From Octopus vulgaris (lineage: Eukaryota), in the NCBI GenBank assembly GCA_951406725.2, contig OX597834.1:2232001-2296000 (forward strand): a stretch of DNA of 64,000 nt, in the 5' to 3' direction. Position 1 is the stretch's first letter; each line of letters opens with the position of its first letter. Of this stretch, positions 49,651-63,812 are shown piece by piece. The position numbers and the translations under genes were made by a program. The notes under the pieces are model-generated. The model had not been told where the DNA came from. It ran no database searches and saw nothing but the letters and a program-made list of their open reading frames with translations.

Positions 49651-50746
49651 TGAAAATTTTTCCAATATAACACCCATCTATGTCCCCATATGCTGTAGCT
49701 AGATTGTCACCCCTATGCTGGGTTTACTGATTCTTTTGAAGGGTCTTCACCTTGCTCTGCTGGGTTTCTATCAACTTTCCTGGCAGTATTGTGTCACTGT
49801 AGTTACTGGCGACAACCAGACCAGGTAACAGGTTGTATTGGATCATGTCTTACCTGTAGCACTCACATTGACCTCGTATATAACTAGACATACGTGAGTG
49901 TGTGTATTATATACGTACACATGGGTGTGTATTGCTATGTGTCTATATTTGTGTGTGTGTATTTAGACATTCTTGCACACAGGAGTTGCTCAATACAAAT
50001 CATACCCCACACCACCACCACCACTGCCACTACCACCACCACCCTCACCCCAACCACATCACTACACAGATGTCAATATGGAAGCTACCATATGGTCACT
50101 CAACCTGCTAGAAATGGCAGTCGTATCTGCCTAAAATAACACATAACTGTCTTAAATTACAACCCCACCCCTCAAAAAAAACCCCAGGTAATGTAGTCCC
50201 AGGTACACAACTCCTGAAAAATGAAATGACATGATGGTCATGGCTGGAACTCCCTTCATCTTCTGGGGCTAAACAAGAACAACGACATCCACTTCCCCAC
50301 CCCACTCATTAAACATATAAGGGTGGCAGTGACAAGTACTTAACTGATCTACCCTAACAACTGCGTGGGTGGCTGGGTCGCCTGGTGTGTGTGTGGAGTT
50401 AGGGGTGTTGGTACACCACAATACACTTGTCACCTCCATTAATACATCTCCACCCCCCACCCCATACACACGGACAGACGTACAAACACTGTAGTAGTAG
50501 TAGTAGTAGTGGTGGTGGTGGCAGTGGTGTATACATTCCACTGTAGTTAGTTGCACAAATCATGCACCCTATTGGCATGTGTATATATGTGTGTAGATTA
50601 TTCTGCCCACACATACGATGTGTATGCAGAATAGTGGGAGGAAGGGGGAAAGGAAGAGGTGGTGGGAAATTAGGACATGGCCTGAGCTACTCAAAGTCAA
50701 AACCTATCAGACATTTCCTTTGTATGTATGTATATATGTATATATA

Positions 50747-51235
50747 CCGTAAATCCTCGAGTATAGTCCCCCCTTGAGTATAATACGCAGGGGGATTTTT
50801 AGGGGGTTTTACCTCTTAAAAACCTAAACCTTGTGTATAATACGCACCCCCCTCTCTAACTTGAGTCAAGACAGTCTATATAACGTCCTTGGTTTGTAAA
50901 AATGTCTATGTTACCATCCTTTATTATTATTGTATATATAACAAAATGCAAACGTGTAGCTTTTTTGTGTATTTTGTTTGCAGAAAATAAAGAAATAACA
51001 GTAATAACGTTCAATAAATGTTGCTTGGTGCAAGTAATGGATGGTTCTTTTATGAGTTTATTTGCTTTCAGGCTTAGCTTGAGGTATTTTCACACCTGAC
51101 ATCACAAAATGCGTCTGAATAAACATTGCTGGACAGCAAAGAGACTCGGACATTGCTTAGAAAATATTTTTCATTTTAAACTTCGTTTATAGTATGCACA
51201 AGGGATTTTGACCTTTAAATTTTGGGAAAAATTTA
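50747..51235. mobile_element. pogo/Tc2-like non-autonomous DNA element, one end decayed
   Basis: TA-CCGTAAATCCTCGAGTATAGTCC terminus and repeated GTATAATACGCA subterminal motifs. Confidence 0.55.
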
Positions 51236-51271
51236 TACATACATATAAATACACTCACACATATATATGAG

Positions 51272-51580
51272 TGAAAGTGCATGGCTCAGTGGTTAGAGTG
51301 ACATGTTCACAATCACGGAGTAGTGAGTTCGATTCTTGGACTGGGCTGTGTGTTGTGTCCTTGAGCAAGACACTTCATTTCCCATTGCTCCAGTTCACTC
51401 AGCTGTAGAAATGAGGTGCCAAGCTGTGCCTTTGCTTCTCCTTTGGAATAACATCTTTGGTGAGATGAGGGGATGCATGGGTGACTGCTGGTCTCCCATA
51501 AAACAACAATGCCTGGACTTGTGCCTCAGAGGGGGACTTTCTAGGTGCAAACCCTGTGGTCATTCATGACCAAAGGGGTC
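51272..51580 (+). mobile_element. tRNA-derived SINE family C
   Basis: TGGCTCAGTGGTTAG A-box, GAGTTCGATTC B-box, TGTCCTTGAGCAAGACACTT...CACTCAGCTGTA core; minus copies at ~32290, 53610, 59830 and 62380. Confidence 0.75.
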
Positions 51581-51854
51581 TTATATACCTAAGATGCACA
51601 TGAAACCAGGGAGTACAATTATATTCCATCAAAGGCAAGTGTTTAACCATTGAGAGTACACAATGCTGGTGCTATCACTATATCTATCTATACATGAATT
51701 AAGACAAATAGGAATTTGAACTTCAAATACCCTATATATGTGTGTGTGTGTGTGTGTCCAACCCATGCCAGCATGGAAATGGATGTTGAATGATGATGAT
51801 GATATAGACAGGCATAATTGACAATGGGAATGGTATCCAGCCATAGAAACCCCT

Positions 51855-52072
51855 TTAACCCTTTAGCATTGAAACCAGCCAAATCCAGGCCAAACATTCG
51901 TCCTATTTCACGTTCAAAGCAACCGGATTTGGCCTCTCACTGCTGCCCCACAAAAATAAACAATCCCATCATTGAAATCTCAGAGCTACGAGATAATGCA
52001 TGATTCACTGAAGCCAGTTGAATAAATGAACATTGGATTTAAAAGAGTAAAACTGAACACAAAAGGGTGAAA
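51855..52072. mobile_element. piggyBac-like MITE
   Basis: TTAA-CCCTTTAGCATT left end and decayed AAAGGG-TGAA right end. Confidence 0.5.
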
Positions 52073-55000
52073 GCAGACATTGGGGCTTATTTGGAAGATG
52101 CCACTGACCCATCCAACCGGTGTCAGCCCGTTTGGTTTATTGGGTCTCAATAGATCCAATGTTCCAGTTTACCTTACTAAAATTGTGAGGATAGAGTTAA
52201 TATGATGATGATGTACACTATTGTACAGGAAGGGGTCAGTAGGAATAATTAGAATATTTCTATTTTAAAAAAAGGGACAAGGATGTGGGACTAAGAGGCT
52301 TGCTTTGGAACCAGATGGTCCGAGTATTTGAAACCAGGTTCGCATCCATTCATGTACTTCCACTCTTATGTCATACATCGTTAAGAAGGTTGTTTGCCAA
52401 TCATGTGGTTTTATGGTAATTTCCAGCATTTAGAGCAAGTGCCTTAGCTTTGGGCTGATCAAAGTCTTGTGAGTGAATTTGGTAGATGGAAACTGAAAGA
52501 ATCCCATTGTATACATGTACATGTGCAGCCATGTCTTGATATCAGATGGTGGTTGTAAGTGAAGTGAGGTGTCCCCATCGGATAAGAGATGTTGTTTGTT
52601 TCTAGTCTTCGGTAAAAACGTTTGGCTACAGGGAAATATTAATTTGTTTGGACAGGTTCCTTTTATCACCTGAAAATCTTTGCCGTTTCTCTTGTATCCT
52701 TTCAGTTGTGGCTGTTCTTTAGTGTTGCAGCTTTGAAGCAACCCTATGAATGCTGGGGGTGGGTGAAAAGCACCCAGTAACTAGATTCTATAAAGTGGTT
52801 GGTGTTAGGAATGACATCCAGCTGTACAAACCATGTCAAAAAGGGTCAGTGATGTAATCCACTGCATCAGATCCTGTCCAGTTTGTACCAACATGGAAAG
52901 TGGACATAAAATGATGATGATGATGATATAGTCTGTATCTCAGGGACTACAAAGTTCAACGTGTCCTTTTCAGTCTGACTTGAGAAATTTTGCTACCATT
53001 TCTAACAGGTCAGACAACCCCACACAGGGTTCAACTTTTTGTTTCTTTTTCCTGTTTTTCCTTTTTCTCTAATTGTGTATTTTTCCCATCAAGAATCACT
53101 TGGTTGTATGGCAGGAATGGAACCAGTTTAGTCAGTCAGGTCACTACAAAAACAATAATTAAAGAAAAACCTATATTTACCTTACCCCAGGGACAAATAG
53201 GGGGGAGGTGTTGTGTTTTAAGCCAAAATTGTATAAACACAAAACGTCTCACCTTTCAGGTTGTGTCTTTCACACTCACAAACTTGTCTTAATTAAAGAA
53301 ATTAGCTTAGACACATCATGCTAATTATATACACTGTAAATATATATATCGAAGCCTTGTGATTGAATTTGGTTGGCAGAAGTTGCTGTTTGTGTTACCT
53401 TTAATAGATTTAAACATTTCTTGGTGTGCAACGGATTGACTTGTCTACACCTACCACGTTCACTGGTCTCTTTCAATTATCATCATCATCATCATCAATC
53501 CCTGGACTTTACTGTCTTATGTTCTGGGATGTATAGGGTCAGTCTGGTTTCCATGGCTTGACCAAGCTCGTTCCCTTTCCCCCCTGAATGGGAGTCACAG
53601 GGTTGTCACTCGTTTACAGGGGAGTGGACTGGAGCAACGTGAAATAAAGGGTTTTGCTCAAGGACACATCACACTGCCCAGTCCAGGAATTGAAACCACA
53701 ATCTTGTGATCATGAGTGCAACACCCTAACCACTAGATTACACACCTTCCTTTTCTTTGGATGGTGGAGTTATTTTTGTTGCTGTGTAAGGGGAGAAGTT
53801 GTCAGCCAGCCCCTAGCCCAACCATTTCTTGAAAGAGAGAGAATTGGCCCCACAAGGAACAAAGAGAAAGCTGATGTTGGTGAGATTCGAACCCAGAACA
53901 AGTAACATAAAACATTTGTCTGACTTTCCAATGTTTCTGTCAATCAACCAGCTCCCTCTTTAGATCCCCTCAACCATGTTATACACACCCTCCACTTCAT
54001 ATACACTCGGTCTGTCTGGTACCCCTGACATCTAAGTGTGCTGTACAAGTGCCACACTCCACCCCAAACCACGTCTGTCTCTGTTACAGTCTTGGCTAAT
54101 GATGTTCTTGTCTGTTTCCTAATGTTGTCCACCTCCCTACTTCACTTCTCTGAATTGTCTTAGCAATGCCACTGAATCTTGCCCCATGGCTATAAATTGC
54201 CTACACAATTTATATACAGACAGGGGGCAGGTGTGGCTGTGTGGTTGACTAGTTTGCTTTGTAACCACAGGTCTTTGAGTTCGATCCCAATGTATGACAC
54301 TTTGGGCAAATGTCTTCTACTATAGCCGTAGGCTCACCAGAGTATTGTAAGTGGATGTAGTAAACAGAAACTGAAAGAAGCCCTTCACATGTGTGTGTGA
54401 CTGTTGTATGTCACCTTGTCTTGATATCCTGTGAAGGTTGTAGACAAGCATCACTGTCTTATGAGATGGTGTTCACCTCTGCTCCTTTGTAAAAAAAAAA
54501 ACCATGTCTGGCCATGGGGAAATTCTGTTACTTGGAAACAGGTGAAGTTTGGTGACAGGAAGAGCATCCGGCCTTAGAAAAACTGGCTTAAGGAGTTTCA
54601 TCTGACCCAAGCAAGTATGGTCAAGTGGATATCAAGCATCAACATTTAATGTTTATTTTCCATGCTGGCATGGGTTGGTAAGGCCAGGGGCCGCACTAGG
54701 TTTCATAATCTGTTTTGGCTTGGTTTCTACAGCTGGATGCCCTTCCTAAAGCCAACCACTCCAGAGTGTGTACTGGGTCCTTTTTTATGTGGGACCATCA
54801 CAACATGATGATACATATTTCAACATGTATAACCATTAATCCAGATCCTTTTTTTTCTCTTTCCATTTGTTTTTACTTTCTGTTGAGGAGCCAAGGTTCA
54901 TTCATTCCCCCACCGAGTGTCAAACTAACACACCTTGGTTTTTTGTATACACACAAACACACATTATATCCACATCAGCAAAGGTTCTCAACCGTCTTTT

Positions 55001-55289
55001 ACTTGATTTCTGTTTTACTCTGGTGGACGCTCCCCCTCCAGCCCCTACCTAGCCATTTGCTATTAAAAAGGTAGTTTTATAGAAACTCTTTTTAAAATTC
55101 CTATTTTTTTGGTTCCCATTCCCTTGTCAAGGTTTGCAAATAGATTTTCTGAGAGAACAGTTTTCAGACTGGAAGAAAGCAAATCCTTGGTCCTTTTGCT
55201 TGTGTGGATCCCCCAAAATCTTGTATGGACCCTGGTCAAGAACCACAGCACAATGCTGCAAGTCATCATCAGTTAACATCCATCAGAGT

Positions 55290-56610
55290 GAATGGGTTGA
55301 CAAAATGCTTAGCGGAATTTCTTCCAGTTCTTTATGTTCTGAGTTCAAATTCTGCTGAGGTTGTCTTTGCCTTTCATCCTTTCAGGGTTGATAAAATAAA
55401 GAGCCAGCTGGTTGAGCCCCAGATGGGAAGCGAGAGGGAGGGTTAATGTAACTGACTTACCCACCTTCTCTAAAATTGTCAAAAATCTGAAACCATTATT
55501 ATTATTATTACCTCTTTGATTATCTATGGACAAGATATCTCAAGAACCACTGGATGAAACTTTCAGGGATATTTGGCCTCATGACTGACACAAACTGATT
55601 AGATTGTGGGATCAATCCAGTACCGGACAAGGATTCTGGATTATTTTTCCTGTTTTTTCACTTAAATTTTGAGAGCGGTCGGGTTCATTTTTAACTTTCT
55701 CGTTTGTGAGAACAGTTGAGTTTATTTCAGATATTCTCATTTTAAAAATCCTCCCTGGCTAATCATTGAGAGGATATTGGTGTTGCCTTGGCGGAGGTTT
55801 GTACTCTCTGAGTGCTCTTATTATTATTATTATTAAGGTAGTGAGGTGGCAGAATTGTCAGCACACTGGATGAAATGCTTTGTGGCATTTCGTCCACCTT
55901 TATGTTCTGAGTTCAAATTCCACTGAGGTTGACTCAGCCTTTTGCAATCAATAAAATGAGTACTAATTGAAAACCGGGGTGGAAGTAATTGATGAGCCCC
56001 CTGGCCCCAAATTTCAGGCCTTGTGCCTATAGTAGAAAGGATCATCATCATTATTCAGGATGGGAAAGACTGAGTTGGTACAGTGCTTAGCAGCATTTCT
56101 TCAGGCTCTTGACATTCTGAGTTCAAATTCCACCAAGGTTCACTTTGCCTCTCATTCTTTCAGGGTTGATAAAATAAGAACCCGTAGAGCCCTGGGGCTC
56201 AATGTAACTGACTCCCCCACCCACCCAAATTTCCAATCTTATGCTTATGATAGAAAAGACTGTGATTAAGGTGGAATTGTCGACATTTCAGGCAAAATGT
56301 TTAGTGACATTCCTTCCAGCCTCACGTTTTGAGTTCAAATCCTGCTGAGGTCTATAATATAAAGTACCAATTGGGCACCGGGGGCAATGTCATTCATTCG
56401 TCTCCTCCCCCAAATTCCAGGCCTTGTGCCCTTAAAGACTTATTTAGGACAGTGGACTGGTACAGTTCGAACATCAGATTAAATATTTTGCAGTATTTAA
56501 TTATAAATGTTTGTTCTGAGTTCAAACCCCACTCAGGTCAACTTTGCCTGTCTCATCCTCTTGGGGTCGATTTATACCCCCTTCTCTCTAGTGTTGTGCC
56601 AATGTTGAAA
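55290..56610 (+). mobile_element. Cluster of ~5 family-A SINEs on the plus strand
   Basis: TGAGTTCAAAT B-box region at ~55340, 55910, 56120, 56330 and 56520. Confidence 0.8.
55505..55820 (+). mobile_element. Helentron-associated (HINE-like) non-autonomous element
   Basis: TTATTACCTC 5' end; CCTTGGCGGAGGT subterminal repeat followed by a GTACTCTCTGAGTGC hairpin; inserted in (TTA)n. Confidence 0.55.
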
Positions 56611-57069
56611 TAATTGAGTGAGATATAATTACTATTTCTAGCAGGTTGAATAAGCACATTAAGGCTCTCTGATTGGTTGCTAAGCTGTTGTTTAACCCAA
56701 GGTCAGCACTGATCCAGTAGAGAGATATTCAAAGACGTTTCAGCTCTAATCATCTCATCTTATCTGAGAAATAGGCAGTGTGATTCGAGGGAGACTTGGC
56801 TGTTATATCTAGAAGGTCAAACTATCATCACACAGCGGTTCATTCACGGGTTCAGCAGGCCGTTCTGCATTACGGGTCTTCATCACCAGCTGCAGTCAGC
56901 TCTCAAGATTTACTGAAGACACACACAGTACAAGGGAGATCACTCTTTATACGTTACTACACTCACTGCAATGAAATACAGGAATATTTCGTGGAGGGAG
57001 AAAGAAAAGCAAAAACAACTGAATTTGACGATTCATCACAGAAGAGGTCAGAGTAAGTGGTGGGAGCAT

Positions 57070-57500
57070 GCACTGTTGCCACATTATTCACCATTTATCA
57101 GTTTCATCCTGGGTGAGCCCTTGAGCATATTCTCAAGTCTCCATCTCTGTGAGATACCTCCTCATCTGCCATGTGGTCAATCAACATGCCACATGTTCAT
57201 AGAGATGGAGACTGACTGGGAGTATGCTCAGAACATGAGCTGTCAACCGAGTCAGATCCTCAATGAAGAGAACACAGCAAGTAGGGCTTTTGACATGGGG
57301 AAACCCAGCAACATGGCCAAACAGTCTGGGATCAGACAAGTAATGGGATGCAACCCAGTTTCTGAGGAACCCCTAATCCTGCAAAGTGTCCTGGTGCCAA
57401 AGCAGCTCAGGTAGCTTTTAAGGGCTCCAAACAGTGTCCAAATCTCACAACCAGGGAGAACCAGAAACCTAATGAGTTTAAGGATCTGGGAGACCCACAA
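57070..57500 (-). mobile_element. Decayed RTE-like LINE fragment
   Basis: VLPGCEIWTL...FGTRTLCRIRG resembles the RTE LYGCETWTL...RRILG segment. Confidence 0.5.
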
Positions 57501-58149
57501 AGCAAATGAAAAATAAAGTGTGAGGGGAAAAATGCAGGGTTCTCTCTGTTCCTGGAAAGTAGAATGTTGTGAAAGCATTCTGGACTAATAAGGTCTGAAA
57601 CTCTTTGTATCGAAAATCTGTAATGTTGACCAGTGAGTCTCAATATTCTCTTCTTTCTCATTGACTTTATTGCAGTTGTTTATGTTTTGGTCAACAGAAT
57701 TGTCATTAAAAGATGTGAAGCTTGTATTCCTCACCATAATATAATCAGGATAACAGCAATCCTCCATGAAAATGGAGCAACCTCAATGGTTTTGATGAGA
57801 TGAGGTCCTCTTCTACTGAGGAGTGAAACCAATTGATGGATTCTGCAATATTTTTGCTTGTTTTCTAATTTTATTATCAGCAACAATTAGTCTCTCGTGG
57901 AATTGTGTTCATCTGGACCCCTGAACTGTGACACTTGATCTCCCTTCTGTTAAAGGACCACGAAACGGCAATATTTTGATACAGTCAGATTAAGACTAGG
58001 AAATTTGTTTTATCTGCAAGCAAATATGGTTCGTTTATAAACAGGTTACATAAAGAGAGCAAGACCAGGTGTGGGTGTGTGTATATATATATATATATAC
58101 ATACATACACAATACATCTGTATACAAAGAGGACAAGACTGTGTGTGTG

Positions 58150-60955
58150 TGTGTATAGTGAATTTATTTCCTGAAAATCAACAGGAAAAGCTCACACAGA
58201 AAAAAAAAAGGTAATGATGTTTTAACGATATACAAATGATGGACGTATTAAAAGGCTAAAAATTTCAAAACAAAATTGATGGAAGGAGAGGGGGAAAAAA
58301 AAAAACCTTATTAAGACATTGTTGTTAGTGTATGCAGGCTATAATAATAATAATAATACAAATAAGTTTAGATTATGTTATATATACAGCTGCAACTCTA
58401 TACATCTTTGTTGAATGTGGACTTTTTTCTTGTCACCAGTTTTTGTTGTTTCCTTCACAGGTCTCTGTAAAAGTTGAATCTCTCACGCAGACAAAGACAA
58501 AAAAACAACAACAAGCTCTCTTCCCCCCACCCCCCACCATCTCCCTTCCTTGCACCACACTATTACATTATACTATGTCACCAACCAGAGTAGTAGCTTG
58601 TGGGGCAATGGTCAACAGGCTGAGCAGCTCATTCGCACACACACACACAATTCAAATGAAACTGGAAAGCTTCACAAAGCATTCCTCCAACTTCCACACG
58701 ACCAGTCTTTCAGGCAGGAGGGTTCGTCAGCTTCCATCAAGCTCAACTTTTGGTTAGCTGAGTCCTATCTTCTCCATCTTGCTTTTTCACTCACGTACCT
58801 ACACAGAGATATATATATTATTAATGATTGTTTTTCAGTCAACTTATAATGAAACCAATTTCAAATTACCAAAGAATTACTCGGTAGTTTTTGTGGAGTA
58901 CAGATTTACTATCCTTTTACAAGAAGAGTGTTGACAGTGACTTCAAAGTTTTCACCTGCTTAGCCTTCATCAAAAAGTCCAATGAAAGCTCAGCATGCCC
59001 GAAACTTAACAGCCACCATTAACATTATTCTTGTAAAAGAATATGATATATATATAAACACACACACACATATTTATATATATATTTGAATAAATTACTG
59101 GTGTGTTAAATGTGTTGTCTCAAACGCTATGCCAAACCATAGAACAAATCCGGAGTTCTTCAACCAACACCAATCTGAAGAGATCTTGGGTGCACACACA
59201 GCATCTTTACAGACAGTTAGAAATGGTATTCAGCCAGTGATAGAAATCCCAGCATGGGATTGAAACCAATTTAGCTAATCCCATCTTTTGTGTCCAAGAA
59301 GACTTGTGTAAAAAGAAAATATTTTTTATACATCTGACGTTTTCACAGTGTTGGCCAAAAACCTATATGTATATTTTGTAGTACAACATAGCATCTGTAT
59401 AAACATACAAACACGCACAATTGTTAACATATACTGCACGAATTCACTGTAATGTGGACACAAGAAATGAAATGGTGCCCCAAGTGTCAGGAGATACCCT
59501 GACCCTACCTGGGAGGTACCCTGCATTGCAGAGTACCTCTATTCACAAGGCAGGTCTACACCATCTCTTACATCCACAGTTACACTTAAATAAATACAAC
59601 ACCCAACAGTGGTCGGCCACAGCTTGGTAATGTGTGTGTGTGTGTGTGTTTGCATGCACACAAATATATATTAATCTCAATAAGTATGTGTGTGTATAAT
59701 GCAAACACTAATCTGATGATGTTTTTATGATGCTGTGAAGTGTTGCCCGTTGAAAATGTTCAACAGTTGTGTATGTGTATGTGTGTGTATATATATGCAT
59801 GTATACACATCCTTGACCAGTTCTCACTGGGACTCATTTACAGCTGAGTGGACTGCTTCAAGATACAATACACCACCTCGCCTGAGAATTGAACCCAATG
59901 ACCTGACCTAAAGATTGCAAACCTGACACCTGAACTACTAAACCACACATACACACACAACTGCACTTAACTGTCTCTTTTGCTACACACATAAGTAACC
60001 CTTTAAGGGAGAATTGGGTATTGATAGACATACGCTTATTCATGTGTGTGTGTGTGTGTCTAATATTTCTGCATATTGTATGTATGTATGTATACATATA
60101 TAAATATAGATATAAAGAATAACACAAATGGGGTTTATTCTTTTTATATCTACGCCGCACATAGAACCAACCCTGAGCTGATCTTTGGTTTATATCAGAT
60201 ATATAAGTATATATATATACACACATACATATAACAAACAATACCCTGTGGTTGTTTTTACCTCACTGAATTCAGTGCTAAGGTACCCAGCCAGTCCCGA
60301 CATCCTACATGTTGCTGATCCCAGATTCTAATGAATTCTGTAACTAATCAACACATATAATTACAAACAGAATCCTTTTTCCATCCACTCACTTTCACAT
60401 GCTCTGTGACCCCTACTTGCCTATCAGGGCATCAAACATCTAAACAACCATAGACACACACACACATATCATTACGCTTACCAACTGTGGCCCCTAGCAA
60501 GAGGGTCCCTAAAATAGGGACACTATTAACAGCTGGTGGGAATAGCAACCACACCACCACATAGAACTACAACCATACACACACACATAACTCTTATCAT
60601 ACACACAGAAGACTACTGCTGTGTAGAAAATGAACAGCTACAAGCAAGGGGTACATGCCCTTAACTAAGGCAGCGTTAATAGCCAATAAGGGAACATAGG
60701 TTATCAATCACACGTCAGCAGGGACACACTCACCTCCAGCCCTTAACTGCAATAGACAGCATCGATATGAGGAACACAGAGGAACACGTCTACATGGATA
60801 CAAACACGCACGCACACACACACAATGCAGTGGGCATTTCTTTTAACTGTGACAGCAATCTGCAGCCAGTAGGTGGAACATAGCTGGACAACTGACCCTC
60901 CACAGAACTAAACCCACCAGCAAGGACACCCCCCCGTCCTCACCCCCTCGCTCAG
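58150..60955 (-). other. Probable long 3'UTR of the RS-protein gene
   Basis: Follows the stop codon, is relatively TE-poor and GU-rich on the minus strand, with AATAAA on minus near 58165. Confidence 0.35.
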
Positions 60956-61853
60956 TCAAGCGTAATATTCACCGTTTTCTTTACTTTTGCTCTTAGAGTG
61001 TTTCTTTTTCTTGGCCTTTTTCTCTCGGCCCCTTTCAGATGACGAGTGTTCCTTTTTGTGGTGTGACCGACTCTTGCCACCGTCGCCATCACCAGTGTTG
61101 TTGTTGTTGCTGTTGCTATGGTGACCATTGTCCTCCATAGTTGACCGAGATCGGGAATGAGACCGGGATTGCGTCGAGCGTTTGGCTCGCTTCTGTTCTT
61201 TGGTGTCACTCGGAGACTTGGAACGTTTCCTGTCTTTGCAGTGAGACTTTCTGGAATGTTTCTTCTTCTTGCTGTGAGATCTAGCGGCAAGGGCAGGGGA
61301 GGGGCTGCGGGAAGAAGCTCGTCGCTCCTTCGGCACAGAAGGTACCATGCCAGCACCTTTCAAGGGGCTTGAATTGCTACTGACCTTCTGAGAGTCTTTA
61401 GATTTTGAACTGTGATGACGGTGGTGATGGTGATGATGGCGATGATGATGATGATGAGACTGTTGCTGTTGTTGTTGTTGCTGCTGCGGCTGCTGCTGCT
61501 GCTGCTGCTGCTGTTGGTGGTGGTCTTTATGTCGACCGTTGCGTTCCCTCTCCCTTTCGCGCCTCTGCCGCTCCCGCTCCCGGGCCAGCTCCACAGCAAA
61601 GTCGTCCATCGATGACAACTGTTGCTGTTGCGATGACGAGTATTTGTGGCTGGAACTGGAGGGTGACTTCCTGTGCGGGGACGACCGGCGGCTGTGCGGG
61701 GAACGGCTGCGTGGAGACTTGCCATGGGGTGAGTGCGACGTTCGATTCTTGTCACCGACTTTGCTCAAGGGACTCATCTGGTGAGAGGAAGAGGAAGAGG
61801 AGGGCAGCTTATCGCGGGGTCGGTCGTAACGCCTTCTCTCTGGTGACCTTGCA
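60956..61853 (-). CDS. PRPF38B: Terminal exon of an Arg/Ser/Lys-rich splicing factor, probably PRP38B
   Basis: TTGCTCTCTTACAG acceptor and a 298-aa open frame with RS/SP repeats. SSMDDFAVELARERERQRRERE resembles human PRPF38B SSSFDRELEREKERQRLERE. Upstream exons were not found in the window, so identity rests on this one motif. Confidence 0.6.
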
Positions 61854-62859
61854 CTGTAAGAGAGCAAAAAAGAATCAGTGAGTACAAAGGGAAATAAAAC
61901 AGGGGTTTAAACAAGGAAGGAATTGTGGGAGGTAAACCAAAGACAAACACAACAATGGCAGGAGGTAAACCAGAATGGTCAAGGGTCAAAAAAGGGGTTT
62001 CCATTCCTGTAATTATTTTCAATTAACATATTTAATGTTATCCACATTAAATATGTTAACACGAACTGACCTATGAATCTATTTAATTAAAATATGTCAA
62101 CAGTAACTTAACTATAGTTTTTTTTTTTTATGTAGATGTTAACAGTGAGTTCTAAATACAGAACAGAGATGATGATGATGATGTGAGCAGTTCTGCGAAA
62201 GGAGGCAGCAGAAACATTGGATTTCTGATTCTCCTTTGAACTCAAGTTGTCTCTGTCAACCCACAAAACCAGTTGTGTCACTATTCCTATCTCACACGAC
62301 TCTGCAAGGAGCAGAGGGCCCGCTTCCCGTTTCTCCCTGGATGGTGCACCAGTCTGTCACAGGCACAACTCATTTTTGCCAGCTGCAACGTGAAATGCAG
62401 CAATGTGAAATGAAGAACTTTGCTCAAGAACACAATTATTACCTGGTTCAAGAATTGAAACCACAACCTTACAATCGTGAATTGAACACCCTTACCACTA
62501 AGCCAGGTACCTCCACTGTATTTCAGCAAACTGATACACAACACCACTACTGCACCCTCCCCACCCAGTTTGTACTAAAGCGAAGTAAAGGGAATCAATC
62601 AGTCGGTGGGTTGAGGGCAATGACTATCAACTGAGAAGAACTGGCAATGTACACCTGAAAGAAAACCTCTTCTGACCCAGACCTGGACCTACAGACACAG
62701 AACATGGGCCCTGCATTTATGACTACAAAGAAGGGATACAATTACTAAAGAGCTGACCACAAGGTGGACACAATGGTCATAAACTTGATCCCAAGGTGGA
62801 CATAATGGGAATAAATCTAACCCTGAAGTGGACACAGGAGTGACAGATTGACCAAAAAG

Positions 62860-63812
62860 TGAGTAGCGTTCTTTGTGCAACATGTGGTCAAGCATTGTCT
62901 TGCAAGAGAACTGGCCTGTCTCTATTGACCAATCTCAGTTGTTTAATTGCAAGTTCACTCATCATTTCATCCAATCGGTTGATGTATAACATCTGCTGGA
63001 ATTGACTTCCCAGGTGTCATGAAGCTGTACTGGATGACACCAGTGCTGGACCCCCAAACAGACCCCATTTGCTCTGTTTGGTGAATATTCTTTTTTGGAT
63101 TGTGTTTCGACACTTCGTCTCTATCCAACCTCCGTGCAGAATGCTTGCTGTTGTTGAAAAAGAATCCATTTTACATCTCACGTAACAATACAATGCAAAA
63201 ATGGTTCGCTTTTAAGCCACGACCTCAAAGAACAGCAGGTTTCAAGACGACGTCTCATTTGATGCTCGTTCAGTTCATGTGGTACCCACTTGTCCAGCTT
63301 CTTTACCTTGACAATTTGTTTCAGTTGGTCCAGTACAGTTGGAATCAAAACATCAAACCTTGTTGCTAACGTAGTTCGAGATGTCTCTGCTTCCACTACA
63401 GTTTCCACCTCATCATTATCCACTTTGGCCTCAGGTCTACCATGGGGTTGATTTTCAGGAGTAAAGTCACCAGACCGGAACTTCTCAAACCATCGATGTA
63501 CAGTGCGCTTATGCGCCACATCTTCACTAAACACGTCATTTATGTTTCGAGCTGTCTGCGATGCATTGGTTCCACGACGGAACTCGCATTCATAAACAAC
63601 ACGAATTTTTGATCTATCCATGGGTTCACAAAAATTGATTTACAAGAGAAAACTCTCAATATAATCAGACACCATGAATTGCATTTCGAAAAGTGATGGA
63701 TGTCATGTCTTCAATGTTGTAAAACAAAGAATTGTCAGAATAAAACATTAGAGTTGACGACTGTCAAACTTGGTGCAGAAGAAAATCCAGACTTTTCATC
63801 CTTAATGACCTG
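62860..63812 (-). mobile_element. Decayed mariner (Hsmar1/SETMAR-like transposase), 3' truncated
   Basis: ORF 63178-63621 with YECEFRRGTNASQTARNI, RWFEKFRSGD, WVPHELN; continues through stops to LLQDNA*PH near 62890. Confidence 0.85.

Noticed and set aside
56820-56960. Minus-strand TATAAAG, TCAGT and GTGATGA...CTGA words (promoter or C/D snoRNA)
   Set aside because: TATA-Inr spacing is too long (~37 nt), there is no terminal stem or recognisable guide, and the short ORF is uninformative.
57585-57767. 60-aa minus ORF MEDCCYPDY...
   Set aside because: No homology recognised and no convincing splice signals.
60956-60975. Possible G/GTGAAT donor linking the RS exon to the CAP gene
   Set aside because: Weak donor, an in-frame stop follows a few codons later, and the downstream region looks like a 3'UTR; treated as separate genes.
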